From assembly GCA_020161545.1 (NCBI GenBank), contig JAIUNT010000002.1, positions 4,980-68,979 on the forward strand: a stretch of 64,000 bases of DNA, written 5' to 3'. Numbering within the stretch: the first letter of the stretch is position 1; each line of letters opens with the position of its first letter. Positions 27,771-36,483 of the stretch are shown one piece after another. This DNA comes from Pseudomonadota bacterium (GTDB lineage Bacteria; Pseudomonadota; Alphaproteobacteria; Caedimonadales; UBA1908). The position numbers were made by a program, and so were the translations under genes. The notes below the pieces were generated by a model. The model worked only from the letters and a program-made list of their open reading frames with translations, was not told where the DNA came from and ran no database searches.

Positions 27771-30700
27771 CTATGCCCCCAGTGGATGGATACCAAAGGC
27801 CAAGAATTTATAGATGGTGACGTTGTCCATGGCTTGGATAAAGTCAATGGGAAGGCGCGTATCCTTCTCGTGCGCACTGTTGATGCGTGCATCGCGGTCA
27901 CCGTCTTTCCAAGTGGACGGGTCTTTAAGGCTTGTGCCCTTGTGATCGAAAAAGTGCGTAAGCGGCCCACTTAAGTCACCCCCATGGCCGTCTTTGAGCG
28001 TCATAACATGAAACAGTGCCTCGTTGGACAGACTTTGGATGCGGGCAATCTCATGGGCCGAGTGCTTTTGTGCAGCGTCTACCTCCACGATCATGGCATT
28101 GCGCATGTCCTCATCCCACGTATCAGGATGGGGCGGGATAGGGATGTGTGCGCCAAGGCGTGCCTGCATGTGCGGATCCTGGCTCGGGCGGATGCCAAAG
28201 GCGAGATAATCGTAAATGGCCGCATTATCGTACTCCTGGATAACGGGGATTGGCAAGCCGCTTAGCCCTGCCACGCGCAAAATCATATGATTGCGATGGG
28301 GGTCATCCCATAGGGGGGCCGGACGCAGGGCAGGCCCTCCACGCTCTAAATAGTGGGCAAGGTGGGTGAGGGACATCATGGCGTGCTCCACGTCAGGGGA
28401 CACATTTTGCTGGGCTGTGAGCTTGTGGCTGAAATCCATCACTGTATAAGGCACACCCATGGCACTTGCAATGATCGTGCCGTGGAGGCGCCCCGTGATG
28501 ACGTGGTAGGACTTTGCAATTTTTTCAAGGGCCTTTTTGGGTGTGAGGTCGGACTCGATAACCTTCTTATGTCGATAGCGAAGCTCTTTGAGTAAGCTCG
28601 AAATACTATCTCCATAATAGACCTTAGCCCTGGGGAAATGCTCCTTTGCTAGGGCAACAAGATCCCTATCTGGATCAAAATTGAGAAGTGCAGGATCTTT
28701 TGGACCTCCCCAATTCATCACGAGGAGTTTCGCGTCGTGCTCTGCAAGCAGTGCCTTGATACGTGCGCGTACCAGCTCTTGCCCTGTATGTACGGAGCCC
28801 GTGGGGATAAGTGTGACATACTTTCTACGACGCTCTGGTTCGATGGACAGCACACTCGGTGCGAGGTACCCCAAATCGGGATAGTAACGCACGCGGGCTG
28901 CGGCTTCTGGGGCAAGGGCGCCTTGCAGGAGGCGCGCGTCCATGGGGGTACGTGCGAAAATAAGACTGGCTTGCTCAAGAAAATCAAGGGTAGTCAGTTC
29001 CCCTTCTGGGATAGAGGACGCGGGATGAGCAAAGCTGAGCTCGGCCGCCATGCTTGACGAGGACGAGGTTGTTACAATGCGCACGGGTGACAGAGTAACG
29101 GATCCTGCGCTACCACCACCTAAAAGCGCACGCACGTCCGAGGGCGTTGGATTTTTAAGGGTTGTTTGGACGCCGACAGAGGTGAAGACCACTGGCTTGC
29201 GCATTTGAAGTGCGCGCTCAATATGGTAGCGCAGTGCACTACGGCCGAGGTTCTTTAGGATGCCTCCACCGCCCACGACAAGCGCATCAAACGCCAGATC
29301 AGCCCGCTTATCGTTCAGTTCCATGAAGAGGCCGTCCGTTGACACACGCACAGTGTCAGGGGCGTAAAAGACCTCAAAGTTACTCTTTAAGTAGTGCTTC
29401 AAAACAGCGGGGTAGAGTTCGTCGCCTATGTTGCCATAGCCTCCTGCGCCCAGAACAAGGACCGTCTTTTGATCATTGTTGAGGCACATGTGACACTCTG
29501 TACCTTTATGGGTTTTGGGCGCCGGGAAAGTTTCATGGGGGCCCACCATGGGCACCGGACGTCGGCAGGCGTCGCACAAAATAAGGGGATTGAAGGGGAT
29601 ACCAAGCTTTTCAAAAAGGCCATAATACCAAAAAGCTTTATCGGCCATGTAGCTATTGGCATCCAGGTGGCGCCTGAAGAGCCCACTTTCTTGGGTACCG
29701 TCAATTTCTCTCGGGTTAAAGATGGCATCACCAATTTCCTGGGGAAGACCAACACACTTTGTTCCAGTCCGAATGGCATGGGCCTGGTACCAGATATCGT
29801 CGGCGCAGGGTGTCAGCAAGTTAAAGAGGGGATTAAAGTCTTTAATCACACGCTCACCCAGAGCGCCTGGAAAATACTGCACACCTGAGAAACCTTCAAA
29901 GATTCCGAAAATAGGCGGGCCATAGTGGGGCTGACAAGGACCATATGGACCAGGTTGTGGCTCGGACCCTTCTGGATAAACAACGTCTTGTGCAAGGTAA
30001 TTGATGCCACCCCCATGTGGATAGGTGACGTAGGAGCGCACATGGGCGGAAACGATGCATCCTGGGTGTTGGGCGTACTGCTCTTGGTACGCACGGGTCA
30101 TCATAGGGGAATAAATGCGGTCATCATCAATTGTCGTGATGAATGCATTTGGAAAAGTCCCGTAGCATGGCAGAAGTTTTGTGGCGACCTTGTAGTTTGT
30201 GGAAGAAAAGCGGATGGAGAGCCCGCGGCGCCCCAGCGCCTTTAGGCTTGGGTGCAGGTATTCGCTTTCAAAGACGTGCCTCCTGTCATGGAATAGCTTC
30301 TTGTAATCGCCCTCGTAGAGCCATAAAATGACTTGATGGGCTTTTATTTCTTGACGAAGAGCTGACTCAAGGGCTAGCCACGCTGTATTAATGCGATCGC
30401 CGTGGGTTGTCATTGAGATGATTTCTTGCGTCTCGCCGTGTTGCAGTGGACGAACACCATCGCCTTGCGCATAAAAATTCACATAGACTTGGTATGGGGT
30501 CGGGTTTCCTTCCAGAGGGAAAAACTCTTGGAATTGATCGGGGTGAAACCACATGTTGGGCGCAGTGTGTAAGTTTGTATCGCTCTTAAATTGCGTCCAA
30601 AATTGCTTCTTTGAAAAGGCGCGCTCACTCTGACCTGTGTGTCGCGCGTATGATTTATAATCAAAATCGGCATAGGCAAGCTCCTCTGCGCCCCCGCGTG

Positions 30701-30773
30701 CCGATGAGAAGGCGTCTCCTCCTATGCAAGACGCCGCCAAAAGAACAACTGAAACAAATGAACCGATTTTCAC
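27771..30773 (-). CDS. Exported or lipid-anchored multidomain protein: DXD glycosyltransferase, polysaccharide pyruvyl transferase and three C-terminal repeats
   Basis: The N-terminus MKIGSFVSVVLLAASC has a signal peptide and a possible lipobox. GT-A-like motifs are ISMTTHGDRI, TTIDDDRIY (about 30121-30140) and CADDIWYQ (about 29781-29810). The PS_pyruv_trans-like region runs from VLVLGAGGYGNIGDE (29421-29468) to ITGRLHGTIIASAMGVPYTV (about 28441-28510). Confidence 0.75.
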   Translation of the reverse strand: MKIGSFVSVVLLAASCIGGDAFSSARGGAEELAYADFDYKSYARHTGQSERAFSKKQFWTQFKSDTNLHTAPNMWFHPDQFQEFFPLEGNPTPYQVYVNFYAQGDGVRPLQHGETQEIISMTTHGDRINTAWLALESALRQEIKAHQVILWLYEGDYKKLFHDRRHVFESEYLHPSLKALGRRGLSIRFSSTNYKVATKLLPCYGTFPNAFITTIDDDRIYSPMMTRAYQEQYAQHPGCIVSAHVRSYVTYPHGGGINYLAQDVVYPEGSEPQPGPYGPCQPHYGPPIFGIFEGFSGVQYFPGALGERVIKDFNPLFNLLTPCADDIWYQAHAIRTGTKCVGLPQEIGDAIFNPREIDGTQESGLFRRHLDANSYMADKAFWYYGLFEKLGIPFNPLILCDACRRPVPMVGPHETFPAPKTHKGTECHMCLNNDQKTVLVLGAGGYGNIGDELYPAVLKHYLKSNFEVFYAPDTVRVSTDGLFMELNDKRADLAFDALVVGGGGILKNLGRSALRYHIERALQMRKPVVFTSVGVQTTLKNPTPSDVRALLGGGSAGSVTLSPVRIVTTSSSSSMAAELSFAHPASSIPEGELTTLDFLEQASLIFARTPMDARLLQGALAPEAAARVRYYPDLGYLAPSVLSIEPERRRKYVTLIPTGSVHTGQELVRARIKALLAEHDAKLLVMNWGGPKDPALLNFDPDRDLVALAKEHFPRAKVYYGDSISSLLKELRYRHKKVIESDLTPKKALEKIAKSYHVITGRLHGTIIASAMGVPYTVMDFSHKLTAQQNVSPDVEHAMMSLTHLAHYLERGGPALRPAPLWDDPHRNHMILRVAGLSGLPIPVIQEYDNAAIYDYLAFGIRPSQDPHMQARLGAHIPIPPHPDTWDEDMRNAMIVEVDAAQKHSAHEIARIQSLSNEALFHVMTLKDGHGGDLSGPLTHFFDHKGTSLKDPSTWKDGDRDARINSAHEKDTRLPIDFIQAMDNVTIYKFLAFGIHPLGA
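27774..28316 (-). repeat. Three tandem protein repeats of about 45-60 aa at the C-terminus of the 1000-aa protein
   Basis: R1 is PLWDDPHRNHMI...IPVIQEYDNAAIYDYLAFGIRP. R2 is DTWDEDMRNAMI...IARIQSLSNEALFHVMTLKDG. R3 is STWKDGDRDARI...IDFIQAMDNVTIYKFLAFGIHP. Confidence 0.6.
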
Positions 30774-30821
30774 GTGACGCCTCCCTTTTTTATAGATTTT
30801 TTAAGGGTATGGCAGGGTAGG

Positions 30822-30836
30822 TTAAGAAAAGTTTAA
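30822..30836. promoter_or_regulatory. CtrA-type box TTAA-N7-TTAA(C) upstream of the 1000-aa gene
   Basis: The site is TTAAgaaaagtTTAAc, 49 nt upstream of the start codon at 30773. It is embedded in an 11-bp perfect inverted repeat, GAAAAGTTTAA-cggat-TTAAACTTTTC (30826-30852). Confidence 0.5.
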
Positions 30837-30869
30837 CGGATTTAAACTTTTCCTTTTTCTATGAGTGTG

Positions 30870-31697
30870 TTACGAGGCGGGTGCGTCGGGAAGGCTTGGA
30901 TAGGTTGCATTGGCGCGCCAGCCAAGGCATGTCACAATGTCAAGATGTAGTGTGAGGTCTGCTAAGTGCTTTATTGCGGCCCCATAAAAGGCGCGGTTTG
31001 GTGGGGGTGAAGCGCTTAAAGGAATCTGGGCGCCGCGCGCGCGCAGAAAGTGCTGGAGGCTTTTAGCAGTTTTAAAGGAGAGCATCACACGCTCCTCATC
31101 ACAGATGCACCCGGTAAATCCGGATCGCGTGAAAAGCGTGAGTGTTGTTTGCATGTCCATCATGGGAATAGTGCGCGCACGCGCGCCCCTGGAGGCCTCA
31201 AAATCGGCCTGAATGAGGGCGTCACGCAGCTGGGCCAAGGACGCGCCTCCCATAAATTGGGTGAGAAAAAAACCGCCCTCGCGCAGCAGTTGGAAGAGGT
31301 TAGCAAGGGCAATGGGCGGGCGCTCGCATACTTGGAGGGTGAGGCAGGAGAGAATGATGTCAAAGCTGCCTTTCTCAAAGGGGGCGTCTTCTTCCCAAAA
31401 CACAGCCCGCTGTGGCGTGCTTTGGTCAAGGGCGGCGGCGCACCAGTCCGCCGTCACAATCATGGCCTTGGGGAAAAGGCGCGTACAAAGCGCATAGAGA
31501 GCGTCTGTGCGAGCGCCGTAAATCAAAATGCGCCGGGCAAAGGTGGAAGGAAGGGAGAGATCCTCAAGACGATGTGTCAGACTTTCGTCCACGCACCCAT
31601 AGAGGGGGCAGGTGGCCGGGTCAAAGGTGTTGGCGCTTAGAGACCTTGTGGCCTTGAGGCGCCCCCTATGGAAAAGGGGGCGCGCATTATTAGACAT
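30870..31697 (-). CDS. Class I SAM-dependent methyltransferase, BioC/NDUFAF5-like
   Basis: The N-terminus LFHRGRLKATRSL...LTHRLEDL resembles the NDUFAF5-type leader. An LIYGART Rossmann-like strand and FDIILSCLTLQ...LREGGFF are present. The start overlaps the RND gene stop. Confidence 0.65.
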   Translation of the reverse strand: MSNNARPLFHRGRLKATRSLSANTFDPATCPLYGCVDESLTHRLEDLSLPSTFARRILIYGARTDALYALCTRLFPKAMIVTADWCAAALDQSTPQRAVFWEEDAPFEKGSFDIILSCLTLQVCERPPIALANLFQLLREGGFFLTQFMGGASLAQLRDALIQADFEASRGARARTIPMMDMQTTLTLFTRSGFTGCICDEERVMLSFKTAKSLQHFLRARGAQIPLSASPPPNRAFYGAAIKHLADLTLHLDIVTCLGWRANATYPSLPDAPAS

Positions 31698-34600
31698 CCT
31701 CGGGCACGTCCACCAAAGGTTTGTGGGTGGCACGGCTCAGGAACGTATAGACAGCTGGCACTACAAACAAGGTGAAGAGTGTTCCCAGTGTCATACCGCC
31801 CACAATCACAAGACCAATGGGGCGACGGCTTTCGGCGCCCGCACCAGCCGCAAAGGCCAAGGGCACAGCGCCAAGGACCATGGCAAAGGTGGTCATCAGG
31901 ATAGGACGCAGGCGCAGCTTAGAGGCTTCAATGACGGCGCTTAAGCGGTCAAGACCGTCTTCCTTGCGCTTGTTGGCAAAGTCCACAATGAGAATACCGT
32001 GCTTGGTAATGAGCCCAATGAGGGTCACAAGACCAATCTGGCTATAAAGGTTCATGCTTTGCCCAAAGAGCTTCAACAGGAAAATACCCCCCGCCAAGGA
32101 CAAAGGCACACTCAGCATAATGATCCATGGGTCGCGCCAGCTTTCGTACTGGGCCGCCAGCACCAAGAAGATGAAGGCCAGCGCCAGGCCAAAGATCATG
32201 TACACGTTGCTGCTTTCCTTCAGGTAACGGCGGCTTTCTCCGGAGAAGTCGACGGAAATACCTTCGGGCAGGATTTCGTCGGCTTGACGCTTAATTTCCG
32301 TCAGGGTGTCGCCCAGGCTATAGCCAGAGTCGAGCTTGGCGGTGATAACCATGGAGCGAAAGCCCATGAAGTGCCCAATTTCTGTGGGGGCAAGCTGCTT
32401 TGTGATGGTCACAATCTCAGACAAAGGCACAAGGGAGTCGCGCTTATCCTTGATGCCCTTGATGAAGAGCCCCGTGAGGTCCTCAGCGGATTTGCGGAAT
32501 TTCTCCTCAATCTCCACACGCACGGCGTACTCTTTGCTCTCCTTAATAAAGCGACCCGTGGGGCGCCCGCCAATGAGGGTATGGAGGGTGTCGGAGATGG
32601 TTGAAACGTCAACACCAAGGGCTGCCGCCTTATCGCGGTCAATGGTGATCACGTACTCTTGACCGAGGTTGCCGATGTCCGACAGAACGTTGCTCACACC
32701 AGGTATTTTGCCGATGAGCTTTTCAACGTCTTTACCGGCAGCCGTCAATTCCTTGTGGGACTTGTTGGTTTGCACCACAATCTCAATAGGCGTGTCTGTA
32801 TCACCACCACCCACGAGGGTTTTACCCCCCATGCTGGGGTAAACGGACAGACCTGTGACCTCTGCTAAGGGTTCGCGCAGACCGTCAGCAATGTCTTTGC
32901 TGGAGCGCTTTCGGTCTTCCCAGTTCTTCAGGGACAGCATGGATGTTGACTCCCCAGGCGCACTGATCATGGTCAGGCGCTTGTCTGTCGCCTCAGGGAC
33001 GGAGGCCAAAATCTTGTCCACCTTTTCCATATACCTGTCTGTGTAATCAAGGTTTGCCCCAAAGGGTGGGATGGCGCGGGCAATGACAAAGCCTTGGTCT
33101 TCACGCGGGACAAGTTCAGACGGCAGCTTCAGGCCAATGACGTAGCCTAAGAACGCAATGAACGCGCCCATACCCAGGACCCAGACGCGCTTCTCGAGAC
33201 AAAAGCGCAGCAAGTGGGCGTAACTGTTGTCCAGATGATCAAGAATTTCGCCCATGCGCGCACTGATACGACCCCAGGTGCCGTGAACGTTGTGCTCTTC
33301 CTCGAAGGACACAAGGAGCCTGCCGCACATCATGGGCGTCAGGGTCAGGGCAATGAATCCCGACAAAAGGACGGCGCCCGCCAAGGTGATGGCAAACTCC
33401 GTGAAGAGCTTTCCTGTCATGCCGGGGGACAGGGCAATGGGCGCGTATACGGCCGCCAAAGTAATGGTCATGGCGATGATGGCAAAGCTGATTTCCTTGG
33501 CACCCTTAAAGGCGGCGCGAAGGGGTGTTTCCCCATCCTCAATATACCGGTGAACGTTCTCGAGCATCACAATGGCGTCATCCACCACAAGCCCAATGGC
33601 CAGAACCAAGGCCAAAAGGGTTAAGATATTGATGGTAAAACCAAGGGCGTACATGAGGGCAAAGGCACCAATGAGCGACAAGGGGATGGTGACGAGCGGA
33701 ATGAGCACCGCGCGCCCTGAGCGCAAGAACGCAAAGATCACCAAAATCACGAGCAGGGTTGCGATGGCGATGGTTTCATACACTTCCTCGATGGAGCGCT
33801 CCATAAAGACAGTACGGTCGCGCGCAATGTCCAGCTTCATACCCTTGGCCAGGCGAATGTCCGGCAAGATTTTCTTGACGTCCTGGGCAATGGTCAAGGC
33901 GTTCCCAACGGACTGCTTCGTGATCCCGATGGAGACGGCACTCTTTCCGTTGAACAGAACCCGGTTTTGGCGGTCAATGGCGTTGAGCTCTGCGTGACCT
34001 ACATCAGACACACGGATGAGATATCCGTCCTTTTCACCGATGATGACCCGATCAAAGTCCACCTCGTTTAAGAGGCGCGCCTTGGTGGTGACCACAAGCT
34101 CTTTATCGGACGTCACGATGTTACCCGCAGGTTTTTCAATGTTTTGCTTTTTAAGCGCAGCCGCCACGTCTTCGGGGGTCAGGTTGTAGCCCGACAGCTT
34201 GACGGGATCGAGGATGATTTTCATCTCGTATACCCCACCACCGAAAATATCGATGCTGGAAACCCCAGGGACCGCCTCAAGGCGTGCTTCAAGATAACGA
34301 CTGGCATAGTCCGCAAGTTCGCGCACGTCATGGCGATCGCTGGACAGAGCCAGATGCAAGAAAGCCACCGCGTCGGCGTCAGCCTTTTTGATGACCGGTT
34401 GTACGATACCTTCAGGCAGTTTTGCGTTGTTACGGTTGATTTTATCACGCACGTCGTTGGCGGCAGCGTCAATATTGCGACCAATCTCAAAGGTGAGGGT
34501 GATACGGCTGTTGCCGATTTCAGAGCGTGAGGTCATGGACTCAAGGCCCTCGAGACCACCAAAGGCGTTTTCAAGAATCTTGGTAATCTGGGTCTCAATA

Positions 34601-34773
34601 ATCTCAGGGCCCGCACCTTCAAGCTGGGTCCACACGCTGATCTGAGGTTGGTCGATATTGGGATACTGACGCACTTGCAGGCGCGACCACGACACAAGGC
34701 CCAGGATCACCACCACAAGGGAAATCACTGTGGAGAGGACTGGACGACGGATACAGGTCTGGGTGAGCTTCAT
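31690..34773 (-). CDS. RND efflux pump, inner-membrane permease (AcrB/HAE1-like)
   Basis: 1027 aa. The N-terminus is MKLTQTCIRRPVLSTVISLVVVILG. It has 12-TM architecture with two large periplasmic loops, and the VVDDAIVMLENV motif. Confidence 0.95.
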   Translation of the reverse strand: MKLTQTCIRRPVLSTVISLVVVILGLVSWSRLQVRQYPNIDQPQISVWTQLEGAGPEIIETQITKILENAFGGLEGLESMTSRSEIGNSRITLTFEIGRNIDAAANDVRDKINRNNAKLPEGIVQPVIKKADADAVAFLHLALSSDRHDVRELADYASRYLEARLEAVPGVSSIDIFGGGVYEMKIILDPVKLSGYNLTPEDVAAALKKQNIEKPAGNIVTSDKELVVTTKARLLNEVDFDRVIIGEKDGYLIRVSDVGHAELNAIDRQNRVLFNGKSAVSIGITKQSVGNALTIAQDVKKILPDIRLAKGMKLDIARDRTVFMERSIEEVYETIAIATLLVILVIFAFLRSGRAVLIPLVTIPLSLIGAFALMYALGFTINILTLLALVLAIGLVVDDAIVMLENVHRYIEDGETPLRAAFKGAKEISFAIIAMTITLAAVYAPIALSPGMTGKLFTEFAITLAGAVLLSGFIALTLTPMMCGRLLVSFEEEHNVHGTWGRISARMGEILDHLDNSYAHLLRFCLEKRVWVLGMGAFIAFLGYVIGLKLPSELVPREDQGFVIARAIPPFGANLDYTDRYMEKVDKILASVPEATDKRLTMISAPGESTSMLSLKNWEDRKRSSKDIADGLREPLAEVTGLSVYPSMGGKTLVGGGDTDTPIEIVVQTNKSHKELTAAGKDVEKLIGKIPGVSNVLSDIGNLGQEYVITIDRDKAAALGVDVSTISDTLHTLIGGRPTGRFIKESKEYAVRVEIEEKFRKSAEDLTGLFIKGIKDKRDSLVPLSEIVTITKQLAPTEIGHFMGFRSMVITAKLDSGYSLGDTLTEIKRQADEILPEGISVDFSGESRRYLKESSNVYMIFGLALAFIFLVLAAQYESWRDPWIIMLSVPLSLAGGIFLLKLFGQSMNLYSQIGLVTLIGLITKHGILIVDFANKRKEDGLDRLSAVIEASKLRLRPILMTTFAMVLGAVPLAFAAGAGAESRRPIGLVIVGGMTLGTLFTLFVVPAVYTFLSRATHKPLVDVPEDV

Positions 34774-34821
34774 GGGGTATTCTCCTGTAGGGAAAGGGAG
34801 CGAGTCATGGGGGCCATGGTG

Positions 34822-36327
34822 TTAGGGCTTTGGCGCGTCCTGAGGGGCCAGCGCTGCTGGTGCTGTTTGCGTCGCGGCTCCTTCCGTTGCAGGCACGGCG
34901 GGTGCCGTCGCCTCAGGTGCCGGTGTCGCAGTCGCTCCGTCTGTTGCCGGTGCCGCCTCAGGTGCGGGCGCTGCGGCTGGGACTGCCTCAGGTGCCGGCG
35001 CTGCGTCACCAGGCGTCGTTGGGGCAGGGGCGTCCCCTTTGGCCTCAGCGGGCTTGTCCGCTGCCGGTGTTGCTGCTGCTTCCTGGGGCTTAGTTTCAGC
35101 CACCTTATCTGCAGCCGTTGGTGCGTCTGGCTTAGCTGCAGCTGGCTGTTCTTCGGCTTTGGCCTCTTCCTTGGGGGCCTCCTTGCCCTCAGACTTGTCC
35201 TTCGCTTTTTCCAGAAGCTTTTTGAAAGCTTCTTCATCAAAGGCGTAGTCTTTGCCGTTTAATGTATAACGCACGGGCGTATTGTCGCGGATCTTCATCT
35301 GGCCAACGGTCACCACATGGTCGCCGGGGTTAAGGCCGCGCACGACCTCGATGTTATCACCTTCCTGGATGCCAGTGATCACAGGCACGTGGATGGCAAG
35401 GCCTTCCACAACCTTATAGACCATTTCTTGATCGCCTTGTTTTTCAAGGGCAGCCGTCGGCACAATAAGGGTATGATCCTTGGCGCCCACCACCACATCA
35501 ACACGGGCAAAAAGACCGGGCTTTAAGAGGTTTTTCTTGTTGGGCACAACGGCGCGTGCGCCAATGCTGTGGGTCACAGGATCAACCTTAGAGTCAATGG
35601 CCTCAATCAGGCCTGGGAAAGGCGTTTTACCAAAGCCGTCCACGACCACGCTGACCTTCTGGCCTGTGCTGACATAGGGCAAATATTCGGCGGGAATACG
35701 GAAGTCCACCTTGATAGGGGTCACGTCCACAAGGGTTAGAATCTCTTTGTTGCTATCAATGTGGGAGCCCACACTCAGGTTATGGATGCCCACGATTCCC
35801 TCAAAGGGCGCGCGAATCTTTGTCTTGGCAAGATCGGACTCGGCGCGCTCAAGCTTTGCTTCTGCAATCTTGAAACCAGCTTCCGCCTCGGCAAAAGTCT
35901 TCTTGTTGGTCGTGAGTTGGTTGGCAGACAGCTTTTGGGCGCGCTCATAAGCCAGACGTGCGTTGGTCAGCTGGGCTTCGGCGCTTTGAACTTCGGCTCG
36001 GAAGGAGCGATCATCGAGGGTAAAAAGAAGTGTGCCAGGCTCAACATACTCACCTCCGCGCACATTCACCTGGGTAACAATGCCGGCAACTTCTGCACGC
36101 AGCTCCACCATTTGGTTGGCGCGCAGGGTTCCCACGGCAGTGATGGTGCGCGTCAAGGATCCCACACGGACTTCTTCAACTTCCACTGGGACAGCGTGTT
36201 GCTTTCTTTGCGCTTCATCGGACGACTTCAAAGCAAGATACCCACCATAAATAATGGCAAGGGTTGGCAGAACAATTGCAATGGCAAGAAGGGGCTTTTG
36301 TTTGATAAAAGTAAGGATTTTATCCAT
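34822..36327 (-). CDS. RND efflux periplasmic adaptor (membrane fusion protein) with a 138-aa Pro/Ala/Glu/Lys-rich tail
   Basis: It has an N-terminal TM segment, a lipoyl / alpha-hairpin / beta-barrel pattern (VELRAEVAGIVTQVNV...TKIRAPFEGIVG) and then a low-complexity C-terminus. Confidence 0.9.
   Translation of the reverse strand: MDKILTFIKQKPLLAIAIVLPTLAIIYGGYLALKSSDEAQRKQHAVPVEVEEVRVGSLTRTITAVGTLRANQMVELRAEVAGIVTQVNVRGGEYVEPGTLLFTLDDRSFRAEVQSAEAQLTNARLAYERAQKLSANQLTTNKKTFAEAEAGFKIAEAKLERAESDLAKTKIRAPFEGIVGIHNLSVGSHIDSNKEILTLVDVTPIKVDFRIPAEYLPYVSTGQKVSVVVDGFGKTPFPGLIEAIDSKVDPVTHSIGARAVVPNKKNLLKPGLFARVDVVVGAKDHTLIVPTAALEKQGDQEMVYKVVEGLAIHVPVITGIQEGDNIEVVRGLNPGDHVVTVGQMKIRDNTPVRYTLNGKDYAFDEEAFKKLLEKAKDKSEGKEAPKEEAKAEEQPAAAKPDAPTAADKVAETKPQEAAATPAADKPAEAKGDAPAPTTPGDAAPAPEAVPAAAPAPEAAPATDGATATPAPEATAPAVPATEGAATQTAPAALAPQDAPKP
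34825..35238 (-). repeat. Low-complexity coding repeat (PAPEA / KAE units)
   Basis: The DNA unit GCCTCAGGTGC(C/G)GG recurs at least three times. The region is open in several frames on both strands. Confidence 0.7.
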
Positions 36328-36483
36328 GGGACGCGTCGCTCCTGGGGAATAAATTCCCCGTAAATCTGTTATCCGTAAGAACAGTATATCACACGACGCG
36401 CAATTTTTTTACAAAATAGCGCGTTTCTATGGGGTAAGATAGCATAGAAGACAGACAGAACCATAAGAAATGAGAAAAAAACA

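Noticed and set aside
34648-35262. A Cys/Arg-rich 204-aa plus-strand ORF and several other long ORFs (34770-35240 minus, 34830-35093, 35039-35248)
   Set aside because: All lie over the repetitive PAPEA-coding tail of the membrane-fusion protein. The low-complexity GC-rich repeats are stop-free in many frames, and only the MFP frame continues into a recognisable domain.
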